Origin: Bacteroidales bacterium | Lineage (GTDB): Bacteria; Bacteroidota; Bacteroidia; Bacteroidales; JAADGE01 | Direction: 5' to 3' | Assembly: GCA_021648725.1 (NCBI GenBank) | Contig: JAKISF010000007.1 | Coordinates: 40,170-104,169 of the forward strand | DNA: 64,000 nt | Shown: positions 50,591-59,467 of the stretch, one piece after another | Layout of the letters: each line of letters opens with the position of its first letter | Position numbering within the stretch: position 1 is the first letter of the stretch | Made by a program: the position numbers and the translations under genes | The notes under the pieces: model-generated | What the model saw: the letters and a program-made list of their open reading frames with translations, nothing else | Told to the model about the DNA's origin: nothing | Databases searched by the model: none

Positions 50591-52165
50591 ATGGTAAATA
50601 AATCAGATTTTTTAGTAATCGGCTCCGGTTTGGCAGGTTTGATGTATGCTCTTAAAGTTTCGGAATTCGGAACCGTAAATGTTATTACAAAAAGTAAAAT
50701 TGATAATACCAATACAAGTTATGCACAGGGAGGTATTGCAACCGTCAGGAAAGTTGATGATTCTTACCAAAAGCACATAAATGACACATTAATTGCCGGA
50801 GACGGAATTTGTGATGAAGAGGTTGTCAGGACAGTTGTAACGGAAGGTCCTGAAATGATTAATGATTTAATAGAACTCGGAGCAAAATTTGATAAAAATT
50901 CTGACGGTACATATAATTTAGGAAAAGAAGGCGGGCATTCCGACAACAGAATTTTTCATCATAAAGACAATACCGGTTTTGAAATACAAAGAGCTTTAAC
51001 AGATAAAATTCGAGTAAACAAAAATATAACTGTTTATGAAAATTATTATGCAGTAGATTTAATTACACAACATCATTTAGGCTACACAATTATCAGAAAT
51101 AAAAGTGATATTGAATGTTACGGAGCTTATGTCTTAAACCCCGAAACACAAAAAACAGAACGTTTTGTTTCTAAAATTACATATATGGCAACAGGGGGGT
51201 TAGGAAATATTTACGATATTACCACAAACCCGCAAGTTGCAACCGGCGATGGTATAGCAATGGCATACAGAGCAAAAGCATTAATAACCGACATGGAATT
51301 TGTTCAGTTTCATCCTACGGCTTTGTATAATAAAAATAAGCGTCCGTCTTTTTTAATAACCGAAGCATTAAGAGGATTCGGAGCAATTTTACGCGATAAA
51401 AACGGCAATGCTTTTATGATAAAATATGATAAAAGAAAAGATTTAGCCCCGAGAGACATTGTTGCTCGTGCCATTGATACAGAAATGAAAATAAGCGGAG
51501 ATGAGTTTGTTTATTTAGATGCGACACATTTAGATGCAGAAAAGTTAAAATCTCATTTTCCTAATATTTATAAAAAATGTTTAACCCTTGAAATTGATAT
51601 TACAAAGAATTATATTCCCGTTGCACCGGCTGCTCATTATTTGGTGGGAGGTGTTAAAGTTGACAAAAACGGCAGAACATCAATACAGCGATTATATGCC
51701 GCAGGAGAATGTTCTTCAACCGGATTGCACGGAGCAAACAGGTTAGCATCAAATTCATTGCTTGAAGCATTAGTTTATGCAGATAAAGCATCGGCAGATT
51801 CATCAAAAATATTAAAAGACCTTTTCATTAACGAGAATATTCCTTGTTGGCATGATGAAGGAACAACACACCCGGAAGAAATGATTTTAATAACGCAAGA
51901 ATTTAAAGAATTGCAACAAATCATGACTTATTATGTAGGAATCGTACGGTCTGATTTGCGTTTGAACAGAGCTTTGGCACGTCTTGAAATTATTTACCGA
52001 GAAACTCAGAAATTATATGACAGGTCAACAGTTTCGAGAGAGATTTGCGAATTGAGAAACGCAATAAATATCTCATATTTAATTATAAAAATGGCAAAAG
52101 CACGTAAAGAAAGCAGGGGTTTACATTATACGGTTGATTATCCTGAAAAAGGGAAGATATTGTAA
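50591..52165 (+). CDS. nadB: L-aspartate oxidase
   Basis: FAD-binding motif GSGLAGL. NadB/FrdA-type capping and C-terminal helical domains. ATG 50591 (a TTG lies at 50588). Confidence 0.95.
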   Translation: MVNKSDFLVIGSGLAGLMYALKVSEFGTVNVITKSKIDNTNTSYAQGGIATVRKVDDSYQKHINDTLIAGDGICDEEVVRTVVTEGPEMINDLIELGAKFDKNSDGTYNLGKEGGHSDNRIFHHKDNTGFEIQRALTDKIRVNKNITVYENYYAVDLITQHHLGYTIIRNKSDIECYGAYVLNPETQKTERFVSKITYMATGGLGNIYDITTNPQVATGDGIAMAYRAKALITDMEFVQFHPTALYNKNKRPSFLITEALRGFGAILRDKNGNAFMIKYDKRKDLAPRDIVARAIDTEMKISGDEFVYLDATHLDAEKLKSHFPNIYKKCLTLEIDITKNYIPVAPAAHYLVGGVKVDKNGRTSIQRLYAAGECSSTGLHGANRLASNSLLEALVYADKASADSSKILKDLFINENIPCWHDEGTTHPEEMILITQEFKELQQIMTYYVGIVRSDLRLNRALARLEIIYRETQKLYDRSTVSREICELRNAINISYLIIKMAKARKESRGLHYTVDYPEKGKIL

Positions 52166-52167
52166 AA

Positions 52168-52200
52168 AAACTTGCCGAGTTGTGAGAACTCGACAAGTTT
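52168..52200. terminator. Bidirectional terminator between nadB and groES
   Basis: 14-bp stem with one mismatch (AAACTTGCCGAGTT/AACTCGACAAGTTT), flanked by A-runs and T-runs. Confidence 0.7.
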
Positions 52201-52205
52201 AAAAA

Positions 52206-52493
52206 TTATATTGCGTCAGTTTCGACAACTTTTGCTAAAACATCGGCATAGGCGATAAACAGATATTTTTTACCGTCAAATTCCATTTCATTTCCGGAAA
52301 AGTCTTTATATAAAACTGTATCTCCGACAGAAATCCCCGGATTTTCAATATTCCCTAATGCAACAACTTTACCCGTTGTTTCTTTTTCTTTTGCAGAATC
52401 CGGAATAATAATTCCGCTTGCTGTTTTTTGCTCTCCTGTTTTTTCTGCTAATTCAAGCAAAACATTTTCGTTTAAAGGTTGTAATTCTCTCAT
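52206..52493 (-). CDS. groES: Co-chaperonin GroES (Cpn10)
   Basis: 95 aa. Mobile-loop region KTASGIIIPDSAKEK and motif GDTVLY. Confidence 0.9.
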   Translation of the reverse strand: MRELQPLNENVLLELAEKTGEQKTASGIIIPDSAKEKETTGKVVALGNIENPGISVGDTVLYKDFSGNEMEFDGKKYLFIAYADVLAKVVETDAI

Positions 52494-52529
52494 TTTATAT
52501 AAATTTTATTGTTTTAATTAAATATTTTA

Positions 52530-52537
52530 CAAAAGTA
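52530..52537 (-). promoter_or_regulatory. -7 box (TACTTTTG) for groES
   Basis: TAnnTTTG match 37 nt upstream of the ATG. Confidence 0.45.
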
Positions 52538-52594
52538 TAAATTTATTTTTCCTTTTGATTTTAATAACGTGTTATTATTTTAACAATTGCTCTT

Positions 52595-53173
52595 TTATAA
52601 ACCTAATAATTTGTCAATTTTTGCTTTATCAAAACCTACAATAATTTGTCCGCCGATTAAAGTTTGCGGAACACCTTGTTGTCCGCTTCTTTTTACCATT
52701 TCTGCGGCAGCTTTTTGGTCTTTTGAAACATCAATATCTCTGAATCTTATTTTATTGTCTTTTAAATAATCTTTAATTCTTGTGCACCAAGAACATGTAG
52801 GCGTTGAATAAACAGTAACGCTTTTTTGTTTCGGAGCGGCTTTACTTCCGGAAGTAGAATATATTGAATTTGAAAATAATGAGGCGTAATATTTACTGTC
52901 ATTGCAACCTTTATATACAGCTTTAAATTCGTTATTTTCAAACCTCAACAGTGTCGGCACGGTTTTCACATCATACTGATTATGAATGTCTTTAACGGTA
53001 TTAACATCTGCTGCAAATATTTTTTGTTCATCTTTTATATCTTTTGCAGATTGCAATATACTTTTATACGCACAATCACTTTGTTCTGATGTTTTTTTAT
53101 ACAGAAACAGCCAGAAATTATCTGTTTTTTTTGCCTTTTCCGTAAAATCAGTATATGAGTTAATATGTATCAT
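52595..53173 (-). CDS. Thioredoxin-fold domain fused to a glutaredoxin-like (YruB-type) domain
   Basis: The C-terminal Grx-like domain has the active site TCSWC and the motif GVPQTLIGG. The N-terminal Trx-like fold lacks the CxxC. Start moved to ATG 53173 because the upstream part of the ORF overlaps a terminator and a TBDR gene remnant. Confidence 0.7.
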   Translation of the reverse strand: MIHINSYTDFTEKAKKTDNFWLFLYKKTSEQSDCAYKSILQSAKDIKDEQKIFAADVNTVKDIHNQYDVKTVPTLLRFENNEFKAVYKGCNDSKYYASLFSNSIYSTSGSKAAPKQKSVTVYSTPTCSWCTRIKDYLKDNKIRFRDIDVSKDQKAAAEMVKRSGQQGVPQTLIGGQIIVGFDKAKIDKLLGL

Positions 53174-53292
53174 TTTATTAAAAATATTTATTCGGGTAAT
53201 ATCAAGTCTTATGCCGAATAAAATAAAATGCAGAAACGACAGTTTTTTTGTTATCTGCGAATTATTGTATGCCAAATTGTCAAATAAAAAAA

Positions 53293-53311
53293 GCTGCCGA
53301 TATTCGACAGC
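53293..53311 (-). terminator. Terminator retained by the TBDR remnant
   Basis: GCTGCCGA-TAT-TCGACAGC (one mismatch), followed on the minus strand by TTTTTTTTATTTG. Confidence 0.5.
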
Positions 53312-53336
53312 CTTAAGTTGTATTAAAAACAAATTC

Positions 53337-53537
53337 TTAGAAAGTAATTTTAATACCTGCATTAAAAGTTCTCGGTAAACCGAGGTACACTTCGGCAGAG
53401 TTTACGGTATGAGAAAATCTGTTGTCATATCCGTAAAAACCGTTATATTTACTGTTATCAACAGCATCTTGTATGTACATTTCATCAAGTAAATTGAAAA
53501 CATGGCCGAATATTTCAACACCTAAACTTATCTCCTT
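53337..53537 (-). pseudogene. Remnant: last 66 codons of a TonB-dependent receptor
   Basis: My hand translation gives KEISLGVEIFGHVFNLLDEMYIQDAVDNSKYNGFYGYDNRFSHTVNSAEVYLGLPRTFNAGIKITF*. There is an in-frame stop at 53538-53540 and no coding sequence upstream. The terminal-Phe barrel signature is present. Confidence 0.6.
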
Positions 53538-53636
53538 TTAAAGAAAGTTTAAGTTTTTAATAATTTATTCACACATATATTGACAGTACCATGTTTTTAA
53601 AATTATTTAAATAACAATAAAAATATATTTTATTCA

Positions 53637-53644
53637 TATATTTG
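53637..53644 (+). promoter_or_regulatory. -7 box (TATATTTG) for the TonB-dependent receptor operon
   Basis: TAnnTTTG match 42 nt upstream of the ATG. Confidence 0.45.
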
Positions 53645-53685
53645 TAAACTATTTTTTAGTTTTTTTATTAAATAAAGCAAATTAT

Positions 53686-56229
53686 ATGAGAAAAAAGATT
53701 TTTACATTTTTGTTTATGTTTGTATTTACAGGGATAAGTTTTTATTCTTTTGCACAAACAAAAATAACAGGTACAGTCAGTTCCGATACAGAGGAAACAG
53801 TGCCGGGAGTTACTGTGTTAGTGAAAAACACAAGTGTCGGAACCATTACTGACTTAAACGGTAAGTATGAAATTATTGTTCCGGAGGGTTCTGATTTTTT
53901 AGTATTTTCATACGTCGGAATGAAAACACAGGAAGTGAAAATTGAAGGTACGATAATTAACGTATCAATGGTTCCTGAAAATGAAGAAATTGCTGAAATT
54001 ATGATTGTTGCAGATTTTGCAAGAGACAGGCATACACCGGTTTCATTTTCAACTATTACACCGGAAATAATTGCCGAGAAGTTAGGTAATCAGGAATATC
54101 CGGAAATATTGAAGTCAACGCCAAGTGTATATGCAACAAAAGAAGGCGGCGGTTACGGTGACAGTCGTATTAACCTGAGAGGTTTTGATTCAAATAACAT
54201 CGGTGTATTAATAAACGGTGTTCCGGTAAATGATATGGAAAGCGGAAAAGTATATTGGTCAAACTGGGCAGGTTTGTCTGATGTTACAAGATTGATGCAA
54301 GTACAAAGAGGTTTAGGTGCTTCAAAGTTAGCTATTTCATCGGTTGGGGGTACAATTAATATCATAACAAAAACAACTGATGCAAAAAAAGGAGGCTCTG
54401 TTTATGTTGCTACCGGAAATAACGGGTACAGCAAAACAGCTTTTACCCTTTCTACCGGTTTGCAAGAGAACGGATGGGCAGTAACCGTAAGCGGAAGCAA
54501 AACTCAAGGAGACGGATACATCAGAGGTACAAATTTTAAAGGGTATTCTTATTTCTTTAATGTATCAAAACGTATTAATAAAGACCATTCAATTGCTTTA
54601 ACGGCTTTCGGAGCTCCTCAATGGCACAACCAAAGAAGTTCTCAACATTATATTTCAACATACAAAAACCATCCTGACGGAGTTTTATATAACTCGAACT
54701 TCGGATACCGAAACGGAAAAGTTTACGGCAGCGGATATGCATACAACCAATATCATAAACCGCAAATTTCACTTAACCACCATTGGAGCATTAATTCCTT
54801 AACAAGCTTATCTACGGCAGTTTATGCTTCAAAATCAAGCGGTGGAGGGCGTCGTGTTACCGGAAGTCAACAAAACACTTTGTTATTTGACTATCCTTCC
54901 GGAGAACCTTATGCTGAAACCTTATTAACACCGGACGGTTACTTAGACTATGATTCTGTTATGAGAATAAATCAGGCTTCTCGTACCGGTTCACAAGCAA
55001 TTGTTGCAATGAGCAATAATTCTCATGATTGGTACGGTGTGTTATCATCCTTAAATACAAAATTAGGAGCAATAAATCTTACGGCAGGTTTTGACGGAAG
55101 ATATTACAGAGGGTATCACTATCAAGTAATTGAGGATTTACTCGGAGGAAATTACTATCTTGACGGCGGAAATACAAACAGACCCTCATCAACTCCGTTA
55201 TTTAAAGGCGATAAGATTTCATACTCTAGTGTAGGAGAAGTTCTTTGGGAAGGTGTTTTTGTTCAAGGCGAATATATTTTAGAAAATTTCTCTGCATTTG
55301 TGTCGGGTTCGTTTTCTAACAGCTCGTACAGGCGAACAGATTATTTTAAATATACCCCGGAGGAAGGTCAAATTTCTGAATGGCGAAACTTTTTGGCATA
55401 CAGCGGAAAAGCAGGAGTTAACTATAACATTAACAAAAACCACAATGTATTTGTAAACGGAGGTTATTTTACTCGTGCACCATTTTTTAGGTACGCATTT
55501 GTAGGGTACAGCAACACATTTAATGAAGGTGCTAAACATGAACGAGTACTTTCGTCTGAATTAGGTTATGCGTATCATTCTCCGAAAGTTACCGGAAACT
55601 TGTCTTTATACAGAACTGAATGGTTAGACAAAGCTTTGACAAGATCATTAGGACAGGAAACAGCAAATATAACAGGATTGAATGCACTTCATCAAGGAGT
55701 TGAAGTTGAATTTACATATAAACCATCAAAGAAAATAAAAGCAAGAGGTATGTTTTCTACAGGAAACTGGATTTGGAGTGATGATGTAGCAGCTGCAGTT
55801 TATGATCAAGATCAAAACTTTGTTGACTCTGTTTTTATTTACTCCGGAGGAATTCATGTCGGAGATGCTGCACAAATGACTGCGGCTTTCGGTATTGATG
55901 CAGAGGTTTTGCCTCGCTTGACCGTTGGCGTTGATATGAATTACTATGACAATTTATACTCGTATTTTGATATTACGACTCGTGTCAGTGAATCAGATAT
56001 AGGAGTTGACGCATGGAAGATGCCGGCATATTTTTTATCTGATTTAAGTGTAAGATATAAATTTAAAATGGGAAAACTTAACGCTTCCTTGTACGGTAAA
56101 ATAAATAATATACTTGACACGGAATATATAGCGGACGCAACTGACGGTGCAGGTCATGACTATAAAACATCTCCTGTTTTTTACGGTTTCGGAAGAACAT
56201 GGTCTGTTGCATTAAAAATCAGATTCTAA
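53686..56229 (+). CDS. TonB-dependent receptor with a CarboxypepD_reg-like N-terminal domain
   Basis: Signal peptide. N-terminal domain TGTVSSD...PGVTVLVKNT, then plug and barrel. C-terminus ...GRTWSVALKIRF. Confidence 0.9.
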   Translation: MRKKIFTFLFMFVFTGISFYSFAQTKITGTVSSDTEETVPGVTVLVKNTSVGTITDLNGKYEIIVPEGSDFLVFSYVGMKTQEVKIEGTIINVSMVPENEEIAEIMIVADFARDRHTPVSFSTITPEIIAEKLGNQEYPEILKSTPSVYATKEGGGYGDSRINLRGFDSNNIGVLINGVPVNDMESGKVYWSNWAGLSDVTRLMQVQRGLGASKLAISSVGGTINIITKTTDAKKGGSVYVATGNNGYSKTAFTLSTGLQENGWAVTVSGSKTQGDGYIRGTNFKGYSYFFNVSKRINKDHSIALTAFGAPQWHNQRSSQHYISTYKNHPDGVLYNSNFGYRNGKVYGSGYAYNQYHKPQISLNHHWSINSLTSLSTAVYASKSSGGGRRVTGSQQNTLLFDYPSGEPYAETLLTPDGYLDYDSVMRINQASRTGSQAIVAMSNNSHDWYGVLSSLNTKLGAINLTAGFDGRYYRGYHYQVIEDLLGGNYYLDGGNTNRPSSTPLFKGDKISYSSVGEVLWEGVFVQGEYILENFSAFVSGSFSNSSYRRTDYFKYTPEEGQISEWRNFLAYSGKAGVNYNINKNHNVFVNGGYFTRAPFFRYAFVGYSNTFNEGAKHERVLSSELGYAYHSPKVTGNLSLYRTEWLDKALTRSLGQETANITGLNALHQGVEVEFTYKPSKKIKARGMFSTGNWIWSDDVAAAVYDQDQNFVDSVFIYSGGIHVGDAAQMTAAFGIDAEVLPRLTVGVDMNYYDNLYSYFDITTRVSESDIGVDAWKMPAYFLSDLSVRYKFKMGKLNASLYGKINNILDTEYIADATDGAGHDYKTSPVFYGFGRTWSVALKIRF

Positions 56230-56247
56230 ACTTTAAAATTTCTTAAA

Positions 56248-57558
56248 ATGAAAAAATATATAATTTTCACAGCAGTTATCGGGATGTTGTTTTTGGCATG
56301 CAACCCGAATAAAGATATTTATGATATGATTGATGCTGCAGAGCTTCCGTATCATGAAACATTTGATTACGAATTGACAGATGCCGATTATACATCCATA
56401 AAAAAGTTAGCCCTTTCGGCTGCAACAACATCTTCTGACAGCACAATTGCGTATGATTTAGATACATACAACAGCTTTTCGATTACTCGTTCTGCAGCAG
56501 ATTTAATTCCGGCTTTCTTGGAAAACAATTACATTGCTCTTGACAGTGCATCTTCAATAAACATAAAATATAAATATAGTGTTAATGAATATGACAGCAT
56601 AAGTGTTAAAAAAATGTTAGATGCCGATTATACAAATATGTTCGGAATTGCAGATACTTGCTTTTCTTCAGTTGTAGAGCCTTCTGAATATTTAATATTT
56701 GCCGATGTTGATACAACATCAAACTATGTTTATTATTTTTCTTGCAGATACGGCGACAGTTTTGCGGCAGCAGTTGATACAAACTTGGTTTTTGTTTATG
56801 AAGACGGAGCATGGGTAACGCCTTCTGATTTTCACATTTTTTCAGATGAAGACTATAACAGTGTCGGAATTACAGGTAATTACTTGAATTTTTCAGCATC
56901 AAAAAGCCCCGAACATTACTTGCCTGTTTACTTGAAAAATAATTATCCTTACGCTTTTGATAATGATAAGATTCATGTTGTTTATAAGTATTATGACGGA
57001 AGTTCAACAGCCTCTGTAATGGACGCCTATGTATTTGACGGAACAGGGTGGGTTAATTCAGTAAGCAAAATAAGCCCGTTTGTTCACAGCGGAACAGAGT
57101 GGGTTTTTGATCCTACCATAAGATATACAATGGCTCTTTCAGAAGATTATCAAATAGTAATAGACTATGTTGCAAATAATCCGGATATTCCGAATGAATA
57201 TTTAGATGCATACTACCCTGAAACAGCAGAATATTATTACGGTGCAAGTTCATATTATAATAATTTTTACTTAAAACTTTATAAACGAAGAGATTACGAT
57301 CCGCTTGGTTTATTAGACGGGTTATCTGATGAAGAAGCAAGCGAAGCAATATTACTTAGGATAAATGAGGCAATAGGAGTATTTCTTGAAGGTAAATACC
57401 CTGATGCTGTACCGGTATTAAACGGTGTTCAGGTTTATTATGCGATAACTTACAATACATACGGAGAAAACAGTGTGAGAAATCAATATACTGTTACTTA
57501 TAAATGTATAAATGTAGGTGAATTTGAGTACACTTCCGGTCCTGAACTTGTTGAATAA
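56248..57558 (+). CDS. Lipoprotein partner of the TonB-dependent receptor (not SusD-like)
   Basis: 18-nt gap after the receptor gene. Signal MLFLAC. Internal LxD(A/E)DY... modules. Tyr/Asp-rich. Confidence 0.55.
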   Translation: MKKYIIFTAVIGMLFLACNPNKDIYDMIDAAELPYHETFDYELTDADYTSIKKLALSAATTSSDSTIAYDLDTYNSFSITRSAADLIPAFLENNYIALDSASSINIKYKYSVNEYDSISVKKMLDADYTNMFGIADTCFSSVVEPSEYLIFADVDTTSNYVYYFSCRYGDSFAAAVDTNLVFVYEDGAWVTPSDFHIFSDEDYNSVGITGNYLNFSASKSPEHYLPVYLKNNYPYAFDNDKIHVVYKYYDGSSTASVMDAYVFDGTGWVNSVSKISPFVHSGTEWVFDPTIRYTMALSEDYQIVIDYVANNPDIPNEYLDAYYPETAEYYYGASSYYNNFYLKLYKRRDYDPLGLLDGLSDEEASEAILLRINEAIGVFLEGKYPDAVPVLNGVQVYYAITYNTYGENSVRNQYTVTYKCINVGEFEYTSGPELVE

Positions 57559-57577
57559 ATAAAAGTTTTGATAATCA

Positions 57578-57610
57578 AAAAGAGGCAGCCTTTTTAAGGC
57601 AGCCTCTTTT
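57578..57610. terminator. Hairpin between the lipoprotein gene and waaA (convergent)
   Basis: AAAAGAGGCAGCC-n7-GGCAGCCTCTTTT (one central mismatch). Confidence 0.6.
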
Positions 57611-58832
57611 AATTTAGAGCAGAAGTTAATATTTTTTCAGCTGCACCGATATTATTTGTTACAAATAGTTTTGCAGATGTCCCTGATTTTGCTCTTAATT
57701 CCGAATCAATTACTAATTTATCTGTTATTTCTGAAAATTCTTGATAATTTCTTATTGAAAAAGCAGCATTTTGCTTAATTAGTTCTTTTGCTTCATCAAA
57801 CTTACCGTATTTCGGACCGAAAATAATCGGCATACCGAAAACAGCAGCCTCAAGTGTATTGTGTATTCCTTTTCCGAAACCTCCGCCTATATATGAAATG
57901 TCGGCATAATAATACAAAGAGGAGAGCAGTCCTATATTATCTATTAATAAAATATTTGCTTCTGATATATTTTGTAAGTTTGCTTCAGAATATTTTAAAA
58001 CCCGGTAATCGAACATCCTAATAATTCGACTAATGTTCTCAGATTTTATTTCGTGAGGAGCAAGTATTAATTTTATACCGGGTTTATTTTGGTTGAAAAA
58101 TTTAATAATAATCTCGTCGTCGGGCTTCCATGTGCTGCCCGCAATAAGAACGAAAGAGTTTTCTTTGAACTTCTCAATTATCTCAATTTCGTTTCTGTTT
58201 TTAGAAAGTTCAAATACTCTGTCAAAACGTGTATCTCCGGTAACTTTGACATCAGTAATATCAATACTTTTAAGAAGTTGTTTTGAAAGTTCATTTTGAA
58301 CAAAAAGGCACTTAAAATTATGTAATATTTTCCTGTAAAACCCTCCGTAGGGTTTAAAAAAGATTTGATTTTTTCTGAAAATACCGGAAACTAGATAAAC
58401 AGGGATATTATTTTTATTCAATTCGGATAAATATTGATACCAAAATTCATATTTAATAAAAAAGGCAAGTTCGGGTTTTAGAAGTTGTATCAGCTTTTTT
58501 GCATTTTTTTTTGAATCATCGGGCAAATAAAAAACAATATCGGCATATTTATAGTTTTTTCTTACTTCATAGCCGGAAGGAGAAAAAAAACTTAAAGCAA
58601 TTTGGTATTCCGGTTTTTCTTTCTTTATTTTTTCAATAAGAGGTCTTCCTTGCTCAAATTCACCGAGAGAGGCACAATGTACCCAAATTATTTTTTTCGG
58701 ATTAAAATTTTCAATAGTTTTAAATGTAGATTTTATTCCGTTGTTTCTCAGTTTTGCTTTTTTATTAAAAACGGAAGCAACTTTAATAAGCAAAGAATAT
58801 AAAAAAACCGAAATAATATATGTTATTTTCAT
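57609..58832 (-). CDS. waaA: 3-deoxy-D-manno-octulosonic acid (Kdo) transferase
   Basis: KdtA family along the full length (HCASLGEFEQGRPLI). Start moved to ATG 58832 because the TTG-extended part of the ORF is a terminator hairpin. Confidence 0.9.
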   Translation of the reverse strand: MKITYIISVFLYSLLIKVASVFNKKAKLRNNGIKSTFKTIENFNPKKIIWVHCASLGEFEQGRPLIEKIKKEKPEYQIALSFFSPSGYEVRKNYKYADIVFYLPDDSKKNAKKLIQLLKPELAFFIKYEFWYQYLSELNKNNIPVYLVSGIFRKNQIFFKPYGGFYRKILHNFKCLFVQNELSKQLLKSIDITDVKVTGDTRFDRVFELSKNRNEIEIIEKFKENSFVLIAGSTWKPDDEIIIKFFNQNKPGIKLILAPHEIKSENISRIIRMFDYRVLKYSEANLQNISEANILLIDNIGLLSSLYYYADISYIGGGFGKGIHNTLEAAVFGMPIIFGPKYGKFDEAKELIKQNAAFSIRNYQEFSEITDKLVIDSELRAKSGTSAKLFVTNNIGAAEKILTSALN

Positions 58833-58841
58833 CTTACAGAA

Positions 58842-58866
58842 AAAAGGTTGCAAAAAGCAACCTTTT
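58842..58866 (-). terminator. Terminator between the hypothetical gene and waaA
   Basis: AAAAGGTTGC-n5-GCAACCTTTT, with a T-run on the minus strand. Confidence 0.65.
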
Positions 58867-58886
58867 AAAATTAAAATATTGTTTAT

Positions 58887-59441
58887 TTAGAAAGAGGTAT
58901 TGTCAGCCGGTTTATCCAAAACAACAACAGTAACACATCCTCTGTTTAGTTTTATTTGTTTTTTAATGTTAGGGTCATCACTTTCTCCCTGCGGAACCGG
59001 CAGAACTTCCATTATTATTTTCAAGGTTGTAGAAGTTACGGGGTAAAAATCAAAATACGGATGAGATGATTTTCCGGTATCATCATCATAAAAATCTGCT
59101 AAAACACAAGTTCCTTCTTCTCTTGAAGAACTTTCGCCGGGTAAATCAAGAACTGTTTCGTGTGTACTTTCGTCAATAATTTTAAATTTTATTCTGTTGT
59201 TAAAAACAGCAGCAGCATAAAATTTTATTCTGTAATCTTTTCCTTTTGTCAAGGGCAGAACAAATTCATAAGTTTGTCCGGTAACACAAACGGCACTGCT
59301 TGATTGGTCATTGTATTCATAGGGATTTTCAGGTCTCCGGTATTTGAAAAAATCAGAGCATTTTGCTTGTGCATCTGCAAATAGCGGTAAAAGAAGAATA
59401 ATTGTCAATATTAGTATAAGTTTTGATTTCATAATATTCAT
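58887..59441 (-). CDS. Hypothetical secreted protein
   Basis: Signal peptide (LLPLFADAQA). Beta-rich, with four Cys. I do not recognise a family. Confidence 0.5.
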   Translation of the reverse strand: MNIMKSKLILILTIILLLPLFADAQAKCSDFFKYRRPENPYEYNDQSSSAVCVTGQTYEFVLPLTKGKDYRIKFYAAAVFNNRIKFKIIDESTHETVLDLPGESSSREEGTCVLADFYDDDTGKSSHPYFDFYPVTSTTLKIIMEVLPVPQGESDDPNIKKQIKLNRGCVTVVVLDKPADNTSF

Positions 59442-59467
59442 TTTATTAATTATCTGATTTATTTTAA

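Noticed and set aside
53174-53362. N-terminal 63 aa of the ORF-track call 52595..53362, and the antisense 130-aa ORF 52986..53378
   Set aside because: The extension runs through a terminator hairpin and into the TBDR remnant in another frame. ATG 53173 starts a coherent Trx-like domain. The antisense ORF is a shadow frame.
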